Of a DNA stretch of 29,411 nucleotides, positions 17,063-25,860 are shown one piece after another. A model generated the notes under the pieces. It worked only from the letters and a program-made list of their open reading frames with translations, did not search any database and was not told where the DNA came from. How positions within the stretch are numbered: the first letter of the stretch is position 1; the number at the start of each line of letters is the position of its first letter. Made by a program: the position numbers and the translations under genes. Location of the stretch: assembly GCA_964555035.1 (NCBI GenBank), contig CAZKRK010000046.1:1-29411 (forward strand), read 5' to 3'. Source of the stretch: an uncultured Victivallales bacterium. Lineage in GTDB: Bacteria; Verrucomicrobiota; Kiritimatiellia; UBA8416; CAYOBW01.

Positions 17063-17170
17063 GGTGACACCATTGATTGATGATTCCCGATTGATGATTT
17101 GTGATTTTCGAAGTACTTCACAAATCATCAATCATAAATCGCTAGTCATCAATCAGACGAAGGTGTCACC
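17063..17170. repeat. AT-rich compound palindrome of about 108 bp (ggtgacacc ... ggtgtcacc) with internal gattgatgatt direct repeats and perfectly complementary arms ttgatgatttgtga/tcacaaatcatcaa around ttttcgaagtactt
   Basis: Seen directly. It is very AT-rich against a background of about 67% GC. It lies in the shared upstream region of the ArsR gene and the lipoprotein gene. Confidence 0.6.
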
Positions 17171-17360
17171 TTCATTTTCCGCGGTGCAGTCATCCCGGTC
17201 AGAGCGTAGATTCAACGTAGCCGCCCAGAGGACAAGTGTTTGCGACGAAGCCACGGTTCTGTGTGCGGCCGGGCGGGGTAAGGTTCTCTGGATGGAGTAG
17301 AAGGAAGTCCTCGTCTGTTTCCCAAAGTGCACTCACGTTTGCTCTCAACGCCGGTGTCGC

Positions 17361-17460
17361 CCACAACCCAAGTGTGGCATAGGTAGAAAAACGGGAAGGT
17401 AAGAAGATGGGAGAATTGACGGCATCATCTTTCTACCATCCCATCTTTCTGCCTATCATC
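17361..17460. repeat. Copy 1 of a 100-bp conserved structured element (the second copy is at 28361-28460)
   Basis: It shares 76 of 100 identities with 28361-28460, gap-free and collinear. It folds as an extended hairpin. The outer stem is ggtagaaaaacggg/cccatctttctgcc and the inner stem is ggtaagaagatg/catctttctacc. Each arm is a tandem duplication of a GG(Y)AGAAARATGGG-like unit. The loop contains a conserved attgaSgg. Confidence 0.6.
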
Positions 17461-17575
17461 TCCTACACAGGGCTTGGCCAGATTTCTAGTTCTTCTTGCG
17501 CCCCTCGCCCGGCTAAGCCACTACGCCTCGGCCGGGACTTCTCCCGGCAGAGGGGGGCCGCATTCGTGGGCAGTC

Positions 17576-17636
17576 CATTGATGATTGTCGATCGCCGATT
17601 GCCGATTTCTGAAGTTCGAAAACCAGCAATCAGACC
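17576..17636. repeat. Degenerate, more GC-rich relative of the 17063-17170 AT-rich palindrome
   Basis: The blocks cattgatgatt, ccgattg, gatttctgaagttcgaaaa and caatcagac run collinear with the left element. Confidence 0.4.
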
Positions 17637-17705
17637 GGACTGCGCGTCGTCGTCACTGCAGACTGAACAGTCTTTTGCCTATTCGCCCGCTGTAGGCGGC
17701 CTAGC

Positions 17706-17732
17706 GGCGGAGGACCGCCGTCTCCAGTGGCG
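17706..17732 (+). promoter_or_regulatory. 27-bp motif ggcggaggaccgccgtctccagtggcg, copy a
   Basis: The same motif, with one substitution, occurs at 20940-20966, 20 bp upstream of the membrane-protein ATG. It also occurs inverted at 20828-20849. It contains the inner dyad ggcgg-N4-ccgcc. Confidence 0.5.
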
Positions 17733-17774
17733 TCTCCGCAGGGCGCGTAGTCGCTTTCTGTGTGTAATAGGCAG

Positions 17775-17824
17775 GACAAGCCCGGCGGGGCTACTCTGAA
17801 AGTGCAGCAAATTGCAGATGCGCC
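17775..17824 (+). promoter_or_regulatory. Second copy of the aagcccggcgggg...aaRtgcaRcaaat upstream motif, 68 bp before the lipoprotein ATG
   Basis: See the 7739-7784 feature. The 13-mer is identical and the spacing to the start codon is conserved. Confidence 0.4.
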
Positions 17825-17892
17825 CAGCGGCAGCGTACGCTCATAACACTCTTGCCCCCGCCGCGCCTCTCGTGCATGCTTACCGGGAGCGC

Positions 17893-20811
17893 ATGAAAAG
17901 CAGCCCTTTCACACCTATCCGCCTTCTCCACCTCGCCGTCGCAGGCACAATCGCCGCCTGCGCCGGGGGATGTCGTGAGGAACAGGAACAGTCGCCGCGC
18001 CGGGCGTTCGAGCTCGACCTGCGCGATCGCGGAGTCGTGCTGCAGCGGATTACCTACGGGCTGCCCGAAGAGTCGACCGCACGCGTCATACGCTTCGACC
18101 GGCGCGGGTTGCTGCGCTGTGCCCTCTACCTGCGCGACAGCAGCGACGAGAACTCGTTCATATACGTGGACCACGTTGGTGTGGTCACCCGGAACGGCAG
18201 GATTGCGACGACCTTGAAGGAGTACGGGGAATTGCTGGTGACGGGCGACCAACAGGCCCTCTACATCGACGGTACGCCTTTGCCCGTCAACACAAAGGGA
18301 TGGGACACGTTCTGGGTGTCCGCTGACGAAGCCGAACCGGACGTGACCCAGAGAACGTATGCCCCCGTGGACCTGTTCGACAGCTTCATGCGCACCGAGC
18401 TGACGAACGGCTTCTGCCGCGTGACCGACGGTTCCTGGGAGCTCAAACAACGCGGCGGCGGAATGCCGACGGAGGAAGAGGACTACCACAACGCCAGTTT
18501 TCAGCGGGCCGTCAACCCCTTCTCCATCCGGGGCGAAGAGCAGGGCCGGTTGACGTACGGTGACGACGATTGGATGAACTATCACGCTGAGGCGAGCTTC
18601 TACTTCGGCATACCGCGAACGATAAGCTGGAGCGATGCAGAGAACCTGCCCGTCGAAACGGACATGCTCATCGCGCAGGGCACGACCAACGGAAACCAGG
18701 TAGCGTTCGGCTGGTCCGGGCGCCATCGCGGATTCGTCCTCATGTCCCGTAGCGGTTCGTCCCTCTGGAAGGTGCTCGAACGCTGGGGCGGCAAGCGTCC
18801 CCCGCTGACGAACTGGTGCCGTATCGGTCTGCGCATCCACGCCGGCTATATCGCCGAAGGCATGCTCGACCGCAAAGCCGTACTGCGCACAAACCTGGCC
18901 ACGTGCATTGTCGGTCCATTCCACGTCATTGCGGGAGAGGCCCCCATCGAGGCCGACACGATTCGCGCCTACTCCCTGCCGCCAAAGCCGAACCTGGGCG
19001 ATACGGCGCACGTCAAGAGCCGCTTCTTCTCGGCCAAGAAGGAGCTCGGCAAATCCCGCGACCCGACGCAGTTCGGGGAGTGGTCCAAGTCTACCAGCGT
19101 TTTCGTGGAGTCACGCGAGACCGATACCAACGGCAATCACAAGGCCGTCATCACGATGCGGGTGCCGCTCATGGGCGACTTCACGGTCGACTCGGTGCCG
19201 TTCGACGACGAGGCCGGCGCCATACCGCCGGGCCCGTACGAGTTCGCCTTCCGGATAGCCGATACAAACGAGTTCGAGGCCATCATGGAGCATCCGCCGG
19301 TCCTCTCGCTGAAGGCCAGGCTCTCAGGCACGGGCTGGGCGCTTGAAGACCTGCCGGAAGATGTCTGGCCCGCGGGCCACCGCGAATTCGCTCTCCGCTT
19401 CGCCCGGCGAAGGGCCGAGGACAACAGGATCGTCGTTCTCTGCGGCGGGTCTGCGACGCCGCTTTCGCCCCCGCTGACGGAGCCGTTGCTCGTATCGGTT
19501 GCGCGCGTGGAAAAGGGCGGCAAACCGGATTACCCGTTCCCGCAGCATCACCTCATCCGTTGCGCAAACCTCGCAAACGAGTTGTTCGAGGAAGCGCCGG
19601 CGGATTGGAGCTGGATCGAAGGCGCCTTCCGCATGGATTGCCGCTGGGCCTGCATGAACCAGTGGAATTTCATGGCGTGCGGCTCGCCCGGCATCCCCTA
19701 CATGACCAGCAAGCGGACTTTCACGGGCGACCAGGTGCACGAGTGCTTCATGTCGTTGCGGCCGGCCCAGCCCTGCGACGCGTACGACAAGGACTTCTTC
19801 TATGACCGCAAAAAGGACGGCGGTCTCAGGCTGTTCCGCGCCAACGGCGGCTGGTACAACCGACGCGATCTCAACGTCTGTTTCTGCACCAACGGCCGCG
19901 ACCCCCTTTCCGGCTACAGCATCGTGTTTGCCGGGAGAGACAACAAGGAGACGTTTCTCCTGCGCAAAGGACGCGTCGTGGCTGCCTCCCAGAACAAGAA
20001 GTTCCTCTTCCACGGCACAAGCCATTCGAGCGTTCACTGGAAATGGTGGAAGTTCACGGTCGACAAGCGTGGCGGCCGTATCCGGTGTTCGCTCAACGAC
20101 ACCGTTATGTTTGACTATCACGATCCCGAGCCGATTCCCGGGGGACACCTTGGTTTCTGGTCCGTGCGCAACGGCTTCACGCTGGCACGCGTCATTTCCG
20201 TCGCCGAATCGGTCGGTTTGGAGCCGCACGCCCTGTTCGTAGGTGACGATGAGGACAGCCCGTGGGTGCCCCTCAAGCGCGACAGCGTTGTTGTCACGCG
20301 CTCATCCGGGGCCGGACTCACCCGCGCCACCGCCACCGTAGGCGGCGGGTTCTTCGCCATGCGCTACACGCTCCCCGTTCCGGTCGATTTGAACAAAACG
20401 CCCGTCATGAAACTGCCGCTTGACATCGGCTACGAAGCGGCCGTGAATCTTCACGCCGATATCGGCGGCACCGCATACGTGATTCCCCTGACGGCGCCCA
20501 TCTCCGAGATGAAAGCGTTGCTGGCCCCGGAATTCGAAAAGGGAGAGTGTTTCAAAATCCCGACCATCGACGAAGCCGTCATTCTACAGACGCGCTACCT
20601 TCGCAACGCCCGCCTGACTCACAATCTGTTGACCGTGGACTTCGCCGCGGCCCTGGAGGAGACCGGCGAGAAGCCCGAGACGCTGGAGCTCAGGAGCATC
20701 ACCATCGGCAACAGCAGCAACCAGGGCTACCTGTTGGCCGGAGCGAACGGCAGAAACGCGGCCGGCGCATGGTACGAAGTAGGTGTGCCCACATTCCGGA
20801 CACGTCAGTAA
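17893..20811 (+). CDS. Large secreted lipoprotein (973 aa) with ConA/LamG-like (DUF1080-like) beta-sandwich signatures; function unknown
   Basis: The lipoprotein signal MKSSPFTPIRLLHLAVAGTIAAC has a lipobox. LamG/glucanase-like C-terminal strands are present (GGHLGFWSVRNGFTLARV and FGWSGRHRGFVLM). The start is placed at the internal Met. The track ORF begins at 17812. Confidence 0.65.
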   Translation: MKSSPFTPIRLLHLAVAGTIAACAGGCREEQEQSPRRAFELDLRDRGVVLQRITYGLPEESTARVIRFDRRGLLRCALYLRDSSDENSFIYVDHVGVVTRNGRIATTLKEYGELLVTGDQQALYIDGTPLPVNTKGWDTFWVSADEAEPDVTQRTYAPVDLFDSFMRTELTNGFCRVTDGSWELKQRGGGMPTEEEDYHNASFQRAVNPFSIRGEEQGRLTYGDDDWMNYHAEASFYFGIPRTISWSDAENLPVETDMLIAQGTTNGNQVAFGWSGRHRGFVLMSRSGSSLWKVLERWGGKRPPLTNWCRIGLRIHAGYIAEGMLDRKAVLRTNLATCIVGPFHVIAGEAPIEADTIRAYSLPPKPNLGDTAHVKSRFFSAKKELGKSRDPTQFGEWSKSTSVFVESRETDTNGNHKAVITMRVPLMGDFTVDSVPFDDEAGAIPPGPYEFAFRIADTNEFEAIMEHPPVLSLKARLSGTGWALEDLPEDVWPAGHREFALRFARRRAEDNRIVVLCGGSATPLSPPLTEPLLVSVARVEKGGKPDYPFPQHHLIRCANLANELFEEAPADWSWIEGAFRMDCRWACMNQWNFMACGSPGIPYMTSKRTFTGDQVHECFMSLRPAQPCDAYDKDFFYDRKKDGGLRLFRANGGWYNRRDLNVCFCTNGRDPLSGYSIVFAGRDNKETFLLRKGRVVAASQNKKFLFHGTSHSSVHWKWWKFTVDKRGGRIRCSLNDTVMFDYHDPEPIPGGHLGFWSVRNGFTLARVISVAESVGLEPHALFVGDDEDSPWVPLKRDSVVVTRSSGAGLTRATATVGGGFFAMRYTLPVPVDLNKTPVMKLPLDIGYEAAVNLHADIGGTAYVIPLTAPISEMKALLAPEFEKGECFKIPTIDEAVILQTRYLRNARLTHNLLTVDFAAALEETGEKPETLELRSITIGNSSNQGYLLAGANGRNAAGAWYEVGVPTFRTRQ

Positions 20812-20827
20812 CGCTCGGAGACTGGTA

Positions 20828-20966
20828 CTGGAGACGGCGGTCCTCCGCCGTTACGGAGCAAGGTGTTGAGCACAAACGGAAACAGAAGTGAACGAAGTTC
20901 CCGCATGTTCCACCAAGTGCGCACTCACTTGCGCGCAACGGCGGAGAACCGCCGTCTCCAGTGGCG
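20828..20966. promoter_or_regulatory. Inverted pair of the 27-bp ggcggagRaccgccgtctcc(agtggcg) motif flanking about 90 bp, immediately upstream of the membrane-protein gene
   Basis: 20828-20849 ctggagacggcggtcctccgcc is the reverse complement of the motif core. 20940-20966 is the forward copy. Confidence 0.5.
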
Positions 20967-20986
20967 GCGATACTGTCGGAAGTCCC

Positions 20987-22792
20987 ATGAAACGTATGCG
21001 TAAACTGAGCAGATTCTACACCGTAGCTGCCGCGGCCGTGTTGGGCGCGGCCGTCTGCCAGGTCGGCATTGGCGCTCAGTTCACGGCAACGGGAGAGCAG
21101 ACCGGCATCGCCGTTCCCGTTTCTTCGGTCGTAGTGGCAGTCTTCTTCCTTCTATGCGCCGTGGTGGATTGGCCGCCGCGTCTGCCGACCCTCGGCCGCA
21201 TGCAGTCGCTGTTCATCGTCCTGTTTGCAGTGGGCATCGTGGGATTGCCCCGCGTCCATATGGCCACGGGCGCCAAAGAGACGATCCAGCTCGCGGAGAT
21301 GACCGTTCTGGCCTCCTTCGTGTTCGAAGGCCTTTGCCGACGCGAGCACACGCGCCGAACAGCGCGCGTCTTCGCGGTACTGTGCGGCTTACTGCTCCTT
21401 CTGGCCTGTGCCAACCAGCTCGAGCATCCCTGGTTCGGCTTGAGCCATACCAAGTACGCCGCTTTCGTCATTCTTGCCTGGCCCTTCATGATGCTGGCGT
21501 TGAAGGATGCAAAGACATCGTTCAAACGGACCGCCGTTCTGCTCGCCGCCCTTGCCGTCGGTCTTACGTTCCGCCACGGGTGGTTGATCATCGTCTGGTA
21601 CATCGTCTTTCTAACCAGCTGCGCACGCTTCCGTACGGTTGCCGTGAAATGGATGCTGCTGTTCGCGCTCCTGGCGGGACTGGTCACGCCCCTGGCGATA
21701 TACGGGCGTGGGAACCCATGGAAGATGCTGACCCATCGTTACGATTCCGAGCACCTCTCCCGGTTTGCGGTCGAAGCCGTTGCCGCGGTCAAGGGGCCGC
21801 GCTACTTCCCCCTCGGCGGCGGACCGGGCCGCTACAAGCAAACGATCGACGAACTGAAGCAGTACCAGCCGCACGTGCCGCATCCCGAAGACCGCACGGT
21901 GCCCAGGGACGGCAACAACCAGTATCTGGTGACGCTGGTTGAGGCCGGGCTGCCCGCCGCGGTCGCTCTGCTTCTGCTGCTGACGGTAAACCTGTTCGGC
22001 ATAGGGATGCGGGACGACACCGACCGCGAATTCCAGTTTGCACGACGGGTTGCGATGCTTGGCGCCCTGCTCGCCGCGGCAACCTGCGTACTCGTCTCGC
22101 GCGGCGCCTGCATCTGGCTCGGCGCGCTGATCGGGCTCGGCAACGGTTCGCGCCCGACGCCCAGGTGGCTGGCGCGATTCGTACGGCTCGTGCTTCCCGC
22201 GGCAGCGGTGGCCGCCGCGGCGGTCGCGATGCAGTGGTACAACCGCCAGCTCAATCCCCTGGGCGGAGTCAGCACCGCAAACCGCGAAGTGCGCCAATAC
22301 ATGTACGGGGAAAAGGGACTCGAAAGCCTGGGGCTCAGAATCGTCCAGCTCCAGGACAAGGTCGAAACGGAGAAGCAGGGGGACGTCGTCGAGATCGAGG
22401 CAGAGACCTTTGACGAAGCCACTGTTCCTTTCACGGTCATTCGCGATAACGGCGCCTCGGGCGGCCACGCCGCGGCCATCCCGCAGGACAAGGGCAAAGG
22501 CACGGGCAAGGCGCTCTACACGATCGACATTCCCGTCGACGGCTTCTACCTGCTCTATGCCCGCGTCTTCTGGCTCGACGGCTGTTCCAACAGCTTCCTG
22601 TTCGAGGTCGCCGACAAGCGTATGCTGCTGGCCAGCGACATCTTCGGCCGCTGGCACACCCTCGAAACCAAGGAGCCCATGCGACTCGGCCGGGGCCCCG
22701 CCAAGATCACCGTCCACAACGTCGAAGACGGCGTGCGCCTCGACACCATCGGCCTACGCAGAGTCCCGCCGCCGAGCATGCGGGTGCAGTGA
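20987..22792 (+). CDS. Polytopic membrane protein (Wzy/O-antigen-ligase-like TM core) with a C-terminal extracytoplasmic beta-sandwich domain
   Basis: The N-terminal 430 aa hold at least 10 hydrophobic helices with a large loop, as in O-antigen ligase-like proteins. The C-terminal 170 aa are soluble (GDVVEIEAETFDEATVPF...YTIDIPVDGFYLLYARVFWLDG) and resemble carbohydrate-binding-module-like folds. The start is placed at MKRMRKL. The track begins at 20888. Confidence 0.5.
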   Translation: MKRMRKLSRFYTVAAAAVLGAAVCQVGIGAQFTATGEQTGIAVPVSSVVVAVFFLLCAVVDWPPRLPTLGRMQSLFIVLFAVGIVGLPRVHMATGAKETIQLAEMTVLASFVFEGLCRREHTRRTARVFAVLCGLLLLLACANQLEHPWFGLSHTKYAAFVILAWPFMMLALKDAKTSFKRTAVLLAALAVGLTFRHGWLIIVWYIVFLTSCARFRTVAVKWMLLFALLAGLVTPLAIYGRGNPWKMLTHRYDSEHLSRFAVEAVAAVKGPRYFPLGGGPGRYKQTIDELKQYQPHVPHPEDRTVPRDGNNQYLVTLVEAGLPAAVALLLLLTVNLFGIGMRDDTDREFQFARRVAMLGALLAAATCVLVSRGACIWLGALIGLGNGSRPTPRWLARFVRLVLPAAAVAAAAVAMQWYNRQLNPLGGVSTANREVRQYMYGEKGLESLGLRIVQLQDKVETEKQGDVVEIEAETFDEATVPFTVIRDNGASGGHAAAIPQDKGKGTGKALYTIDIPVDGFYLLYARVFWLDGCSNSFLFEVADKRMLLASDIFGRWHTLETKEPMRLGRGPAKITVHNVEDGVRLDTIGLRRVPPPSMRVQ

Positions 22793-22889
22793 GGGCGAGA
22801 AGAGGATCCGCGACGCGTCTCAACCAGGTGACGGTCGGGCGTGAACGATGTGCGAAGCCCCGAAGAAGGACGGCACTCCCGCGTCGGCA

Positions 22890-23008
22890 CATTTGGTTCA
22901 GTCAGCCAAAAACAGTCCGTTGCTGCATTTTTGGCTGATAATAGTTGCTTTATAATCAGCCACAATGCATGTTAATGCATGTATTTTGGCTGATTAAAAA
23001 GGTGTGAC
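22890..23008 (+). promoter_or_regulatory. AT-rich (about 35% GC) promoter-like island with four alternating copies of TTGGCTGAT(A/T)A and a perfect TATAAT (22951-22956)
   Basis: The copies are cagccaaaaa, tttttggctgataa, taatcagccac and ttttggctgattaa, plus an aatgcatg direct repeat. The island ends at the ATG of the ATPase gene. Confidence 0.5.
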
Positions 23009-24448
23009 ATGGACACGATAATCGGGCGAGAAGCGGAAAAACGAGTGCTGAGGGCGGCACTCGAATCGGGTGAGGCCGAGTTCATCGCCGTATACGGACG
23101 CCGGCGAGTGGGCAAGACTTACCTTGTCAGTCGGTTCTTCGACCGGGCCGCTTTCTACTTCGAGTTAACCGGCACGCGTGACGGGCCGCTGCACGAGCAA
23201 CTGGCGAACTTTGCGGACGTTCTTGGACGCAAGGCCGGTCTGGATTTGGCTGTGCCGAAAAGCTGGGCCGAGGCGTTTCGGCAGCTCGTTCGCGTGTTGG
23301 AGGCCCGGCCGGCCGCGGGGAAACGCGACCGAACCGTTCTCTTTTTCGATGAAACTCCCTGGCTGGCCTCACGACGCTCGCGCTTCTTGTCGGCGCTGAG
23401 CTATTTCTGGAACTCCTGGGCCGGTCGGCGCCCCGACATCGTCTTGATCGTCTGCGGTTCGTCGGCGTCCTGGATGCTGGAAAAGGTAGTGGCCGACAGA
23501 GGAGGCCTGCACAACCGTCTTACGCGACGAATTCGTCTGATGCCTTTCACATTGCAAGAGACGGAGGCCTTCTTGCGATCGCGTGGCGTGCGGCTCGACC
23601 GACGACAGATTATCGACGTCTTCATGGTGGCCGGCGGCATTCCTCAATACCTGAAGCAAGTCGAGCCGGGACGGTCGTCGGCGCAGAGCATCGATGCGAT
23701 GTGCTTCCAGCCGGATGGCTTCCTGTACGACGAGTTCGATCGCCTGTACGCTTCCCTGTTCCATGATTCGGCCAAGCACATTGCCGTTGTCCGTGCGTTG
23801 GCGAAAACGCGTTCAGGGTTGTCGCGAACGGCACTGTTGAAACGGGCCGGTCTCGCATCGGGCGGAACGTCGACACGGGTTCTGACCGCGCTCGAAGAGT
23901 CGGGCTTCATTGCCCGGCACGTACCCTTCGGCCAGAGAGTCAACAACGCGCGATACCGGCTGATCGACGAGTACAGTCTCTTCTACCTTACCTGGATGGA
24001 GGGGAAGCGGCACGACTTGCTGAGCGAGTCGTGGTCGACGCAGTCGCAGTCCCGGCGGTGGTCAGCCTGGGCGGGGTTCAGTTTCGAGGGAGTGTGTTGG
24101 AAGCATGTCGACCGGATTACAGCCGAGTTGGGCATAGCCGGAGTACAGACCAGAGCGTCGACGTGGCAGCACAGAGGCGGTCCGGGAGAACAAGGTGCGC
24201 AGATCGATTTGCTCATAGACCGTGCGGACCGATGTATCTCGATCTGCGAAATCAAACACGGTGAAGGTGTTTTTGCCATTGACCGGAAGTACGCGGCCGA
24301 ACTGAGACGCAAGCTGGACGTGTTTCGCCTGCAATCGGGCACCCGCAAGACCCTGTTTCTGGTGATGGTCACGCCGAGCGGTTGCAAGCACAACGACTAT
24401 TTCACGCAGTTGGTGACTGACGAAGTGCGTCTGGAGTGCTTGTTCTGA
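23009..24448 (+). CDS. AAA+ ATPase of the Arch_ATPase/DUF234 family (COG1672-like ATP-binding protein)
   Basis: Walker A is YGRRRVGKTYL and Walker B is VLFFDETPW. The C-terminal DUF234-like region is WAGFSFEGVCWKHV...IDLLIDRADRCISICEIK. The gene is slightly less GC-rich than its neighbours. Confidence 0.8.
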   Translation: MDTIIGREAEKRVLRAALESGEAEFIAVYGRRRVGKTYLVSRFFDRAAFYFELTGTRDGPLHEQLANFADVLGRKAGLDLAVPKSWAEAFRQLVRVLEARPAAGKRDRTVLFFDETPWLASRRSRFLSALSYFWNSWAGRRPDIVLIVCGSSASWMLEKVVADRGGLHNRLTRRIRLMPFTLQETEAFLRSRGVRLDRRQIIDVFMVAGGIPQYLKQVEPGRSSAQSIDAMCFQPDGFLYDEFDRLYASLFHDSAKHIAVVRALAKTRSGLSRTALLKRAGLASGGTSTRVLTALEESGFIARHVPFGQRVNNARYRLIDEYSLFYLTWMEGKRHDLLSESWSTQSQSRRWSAWAGFSFEGVCWKHVDRITAELGIAGVQTRASTWQHRGGPGEQGAQIDLLIDRADRCISICEIKHGEGVFAIDRKYAAELRRKLDVFRLQSGTRKTLFLVMVTPSGCKHNDYFTQLVTDEVRLECLF

Positions 24449-24477
24449 GTAGGTTGCCGGTAGCCAAATCCCCCTCC

Positions 24478-25860
24478 TCAATCCCCCCGCGACATCTTCA
24501 CCAGCTTCGGATCGAAACGGGCCAGGATTTCGACCAGATCCTTCTGGGCCGCCATTACTTTTTCGATATCCTTGTACCCCATCGGCACTTCGTCCAGGCC
24601 GGCGGAGATCAGAACCACATCGCGCTCCGCCAGGAACTTGCGGGCCTCGTTCCAGGTGAAGGATTTCTTCGTCATGGTGCGGCTCATGGCGCGGCCGGCG
24701 CCGTGCGAAGCGGAGTTGAGCGAATCGGGCTCGCCCCTGCCGCGCACAACGTACCCCGGCGTCGCCATCGATCCCGGAATAATGCCAATCGCGCCGGCGT
24801 CGGCCGGCGTCGCGCCCTTGCGGTGCACGATCACCTCCTCGCCGAAATGGGTCTCCTTCCACGCGAAGTTGTGGTGATTCTCGACGTCGAGCAACACCTT
24901 GGCCTTGAGAAAGCGCGCAATGCCGCGGTGGATCAACTCATGGTTGGCCGCCGCATAGCGCCCCATCAACTCCATCGCCGCCCAATACTCTCCGCCGGCT
25001 TCGCTCTCCAGATCAAACCACGCCAGGTGCTGCAGCTCCCGCGGCAGCTCGGGATGTTGCTTCATGGCCAGCTTGCTGTAGTGCTGCGCTACGCTGCCGC
25101 CCGTGCCGCGGCTGCCGCTGTGGCTCAACAGGGCAAAATAGACGCCCGGCTCAAGCCCCAGCTCGGCCCGTTCGAGCGTCAACGTCCCGAACTCCACAAA
25201 ATGGTTCCCGCTTCCACTTGAACCAAGCTGCTTCCACGCCTTGTCCCTGTTCCGCCCCGTCACCGGACTCACCGACCAATCCTCGTCCATCACCGCGTGC
25301 TCGCGACGATGCTCGAAACCGGAACCGACGCCGAAACGGGTTTCCGCGTCGATCGCCTTGCGCAACTGGCCTTCCGCGCCGCGGAGCATGGAAACGGGCA
25401 TGTCCAGCACCGTCATCTTCATGCGGCAGGCGATATCCATGCCGACCGCGTAGGGAATCACCGCGCCGCGCGTGGCCAGCACGCCGCCGATCGGCAGACC
25501 GTAGCCAGTGTGTGCGTCCGGCATCAGCGCCCCAACCGCCGAGACCGGCAAACGACACGCGTTCTCCATCTGCTGCACGGAAGTCCGGTCGAAGTCCGAT
25601 CCCCACGCCCGGTAGGACGCTGGTTTAGAGCGTGGCACGAAGCGTGCCCGCGCCGTGGAGGTCTTGATCATCGAGCGCGCCAACGCGCCGACCAGGTCGT
25701 GTTCCGCATGGTCTTTCGGCGCCTCGGCCACGGCCGCGATCAACGCCCGCACGTCGCGCTTCTTCATCCCGAGCCCCGCCGCCTTGCGCGCCGCTTCGAT
25801 CGCCAGATGAATGGGCTCCCCTCCCGGGATCCCCAGGTTGTACAGTTCACGCTTCTTCAT
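24478..25860 (-). CDS. rtcB: RNA ligase RtcB
   Basis: RtcB motifs are MPDAHTGYGLPIGG, SGSGNHFVEF, IPGSMATPGYV and SASHGAGR. An N-terminal extension of about 90 aa is present. The start at 25860 forms an ATGA overlap with the rtcA stop. The track's alternative upstream start is 25878. Confidence 0.9.
   Translation of the reverse strand: MKKRELYNLGIPGGEPIHLAIEAARKAAGLGMKKRDVRALIAAVAEAPKDHAEHDLVGALARSMIKTSTARARFVPRSKPASYRAWGSDFDRTSVQQMENACRLPVSAVGALMPDAHTGYGLPIGGVLATRGAVIPYAVGMDIACRMKMTVLDMPVSMLRGAEGQLRKAIDAETRFGVGSGFEHRREHAVMDEDWSVSPVTGRNRDKAWKQLGSSGSGNHFVEFGTLTLERAELGLEPGVYFALLSHSGSRGTGGSVAQHYSKLAMKQHPELPRELQHLAWFDLESEAGGEYWAAMELMGRYAAANHELIHRGIARFLKAKVLLDVENHHNFAWKETHFGEEVIVHRKGATPADAGAIGIIPGSMATPGYVVRGRGEPDSLNSASHGAGRAMSRTMTKKSFTWNEARKFLAERDVVLISAGLDEVPMGYKDIEKVMAAQKDLVEILARFDPKLVKMSRGD

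Noticed and set aside
17791-22717. Antisense ORFs over the lipoprotein and membrane-protein genes (17791-19011, 19324-20229, 21611-22717)
   Set aside because: The same reasoning applies. The sense-strand genes have signal peptides and TM topology, while the antisense frames are low-complexity.
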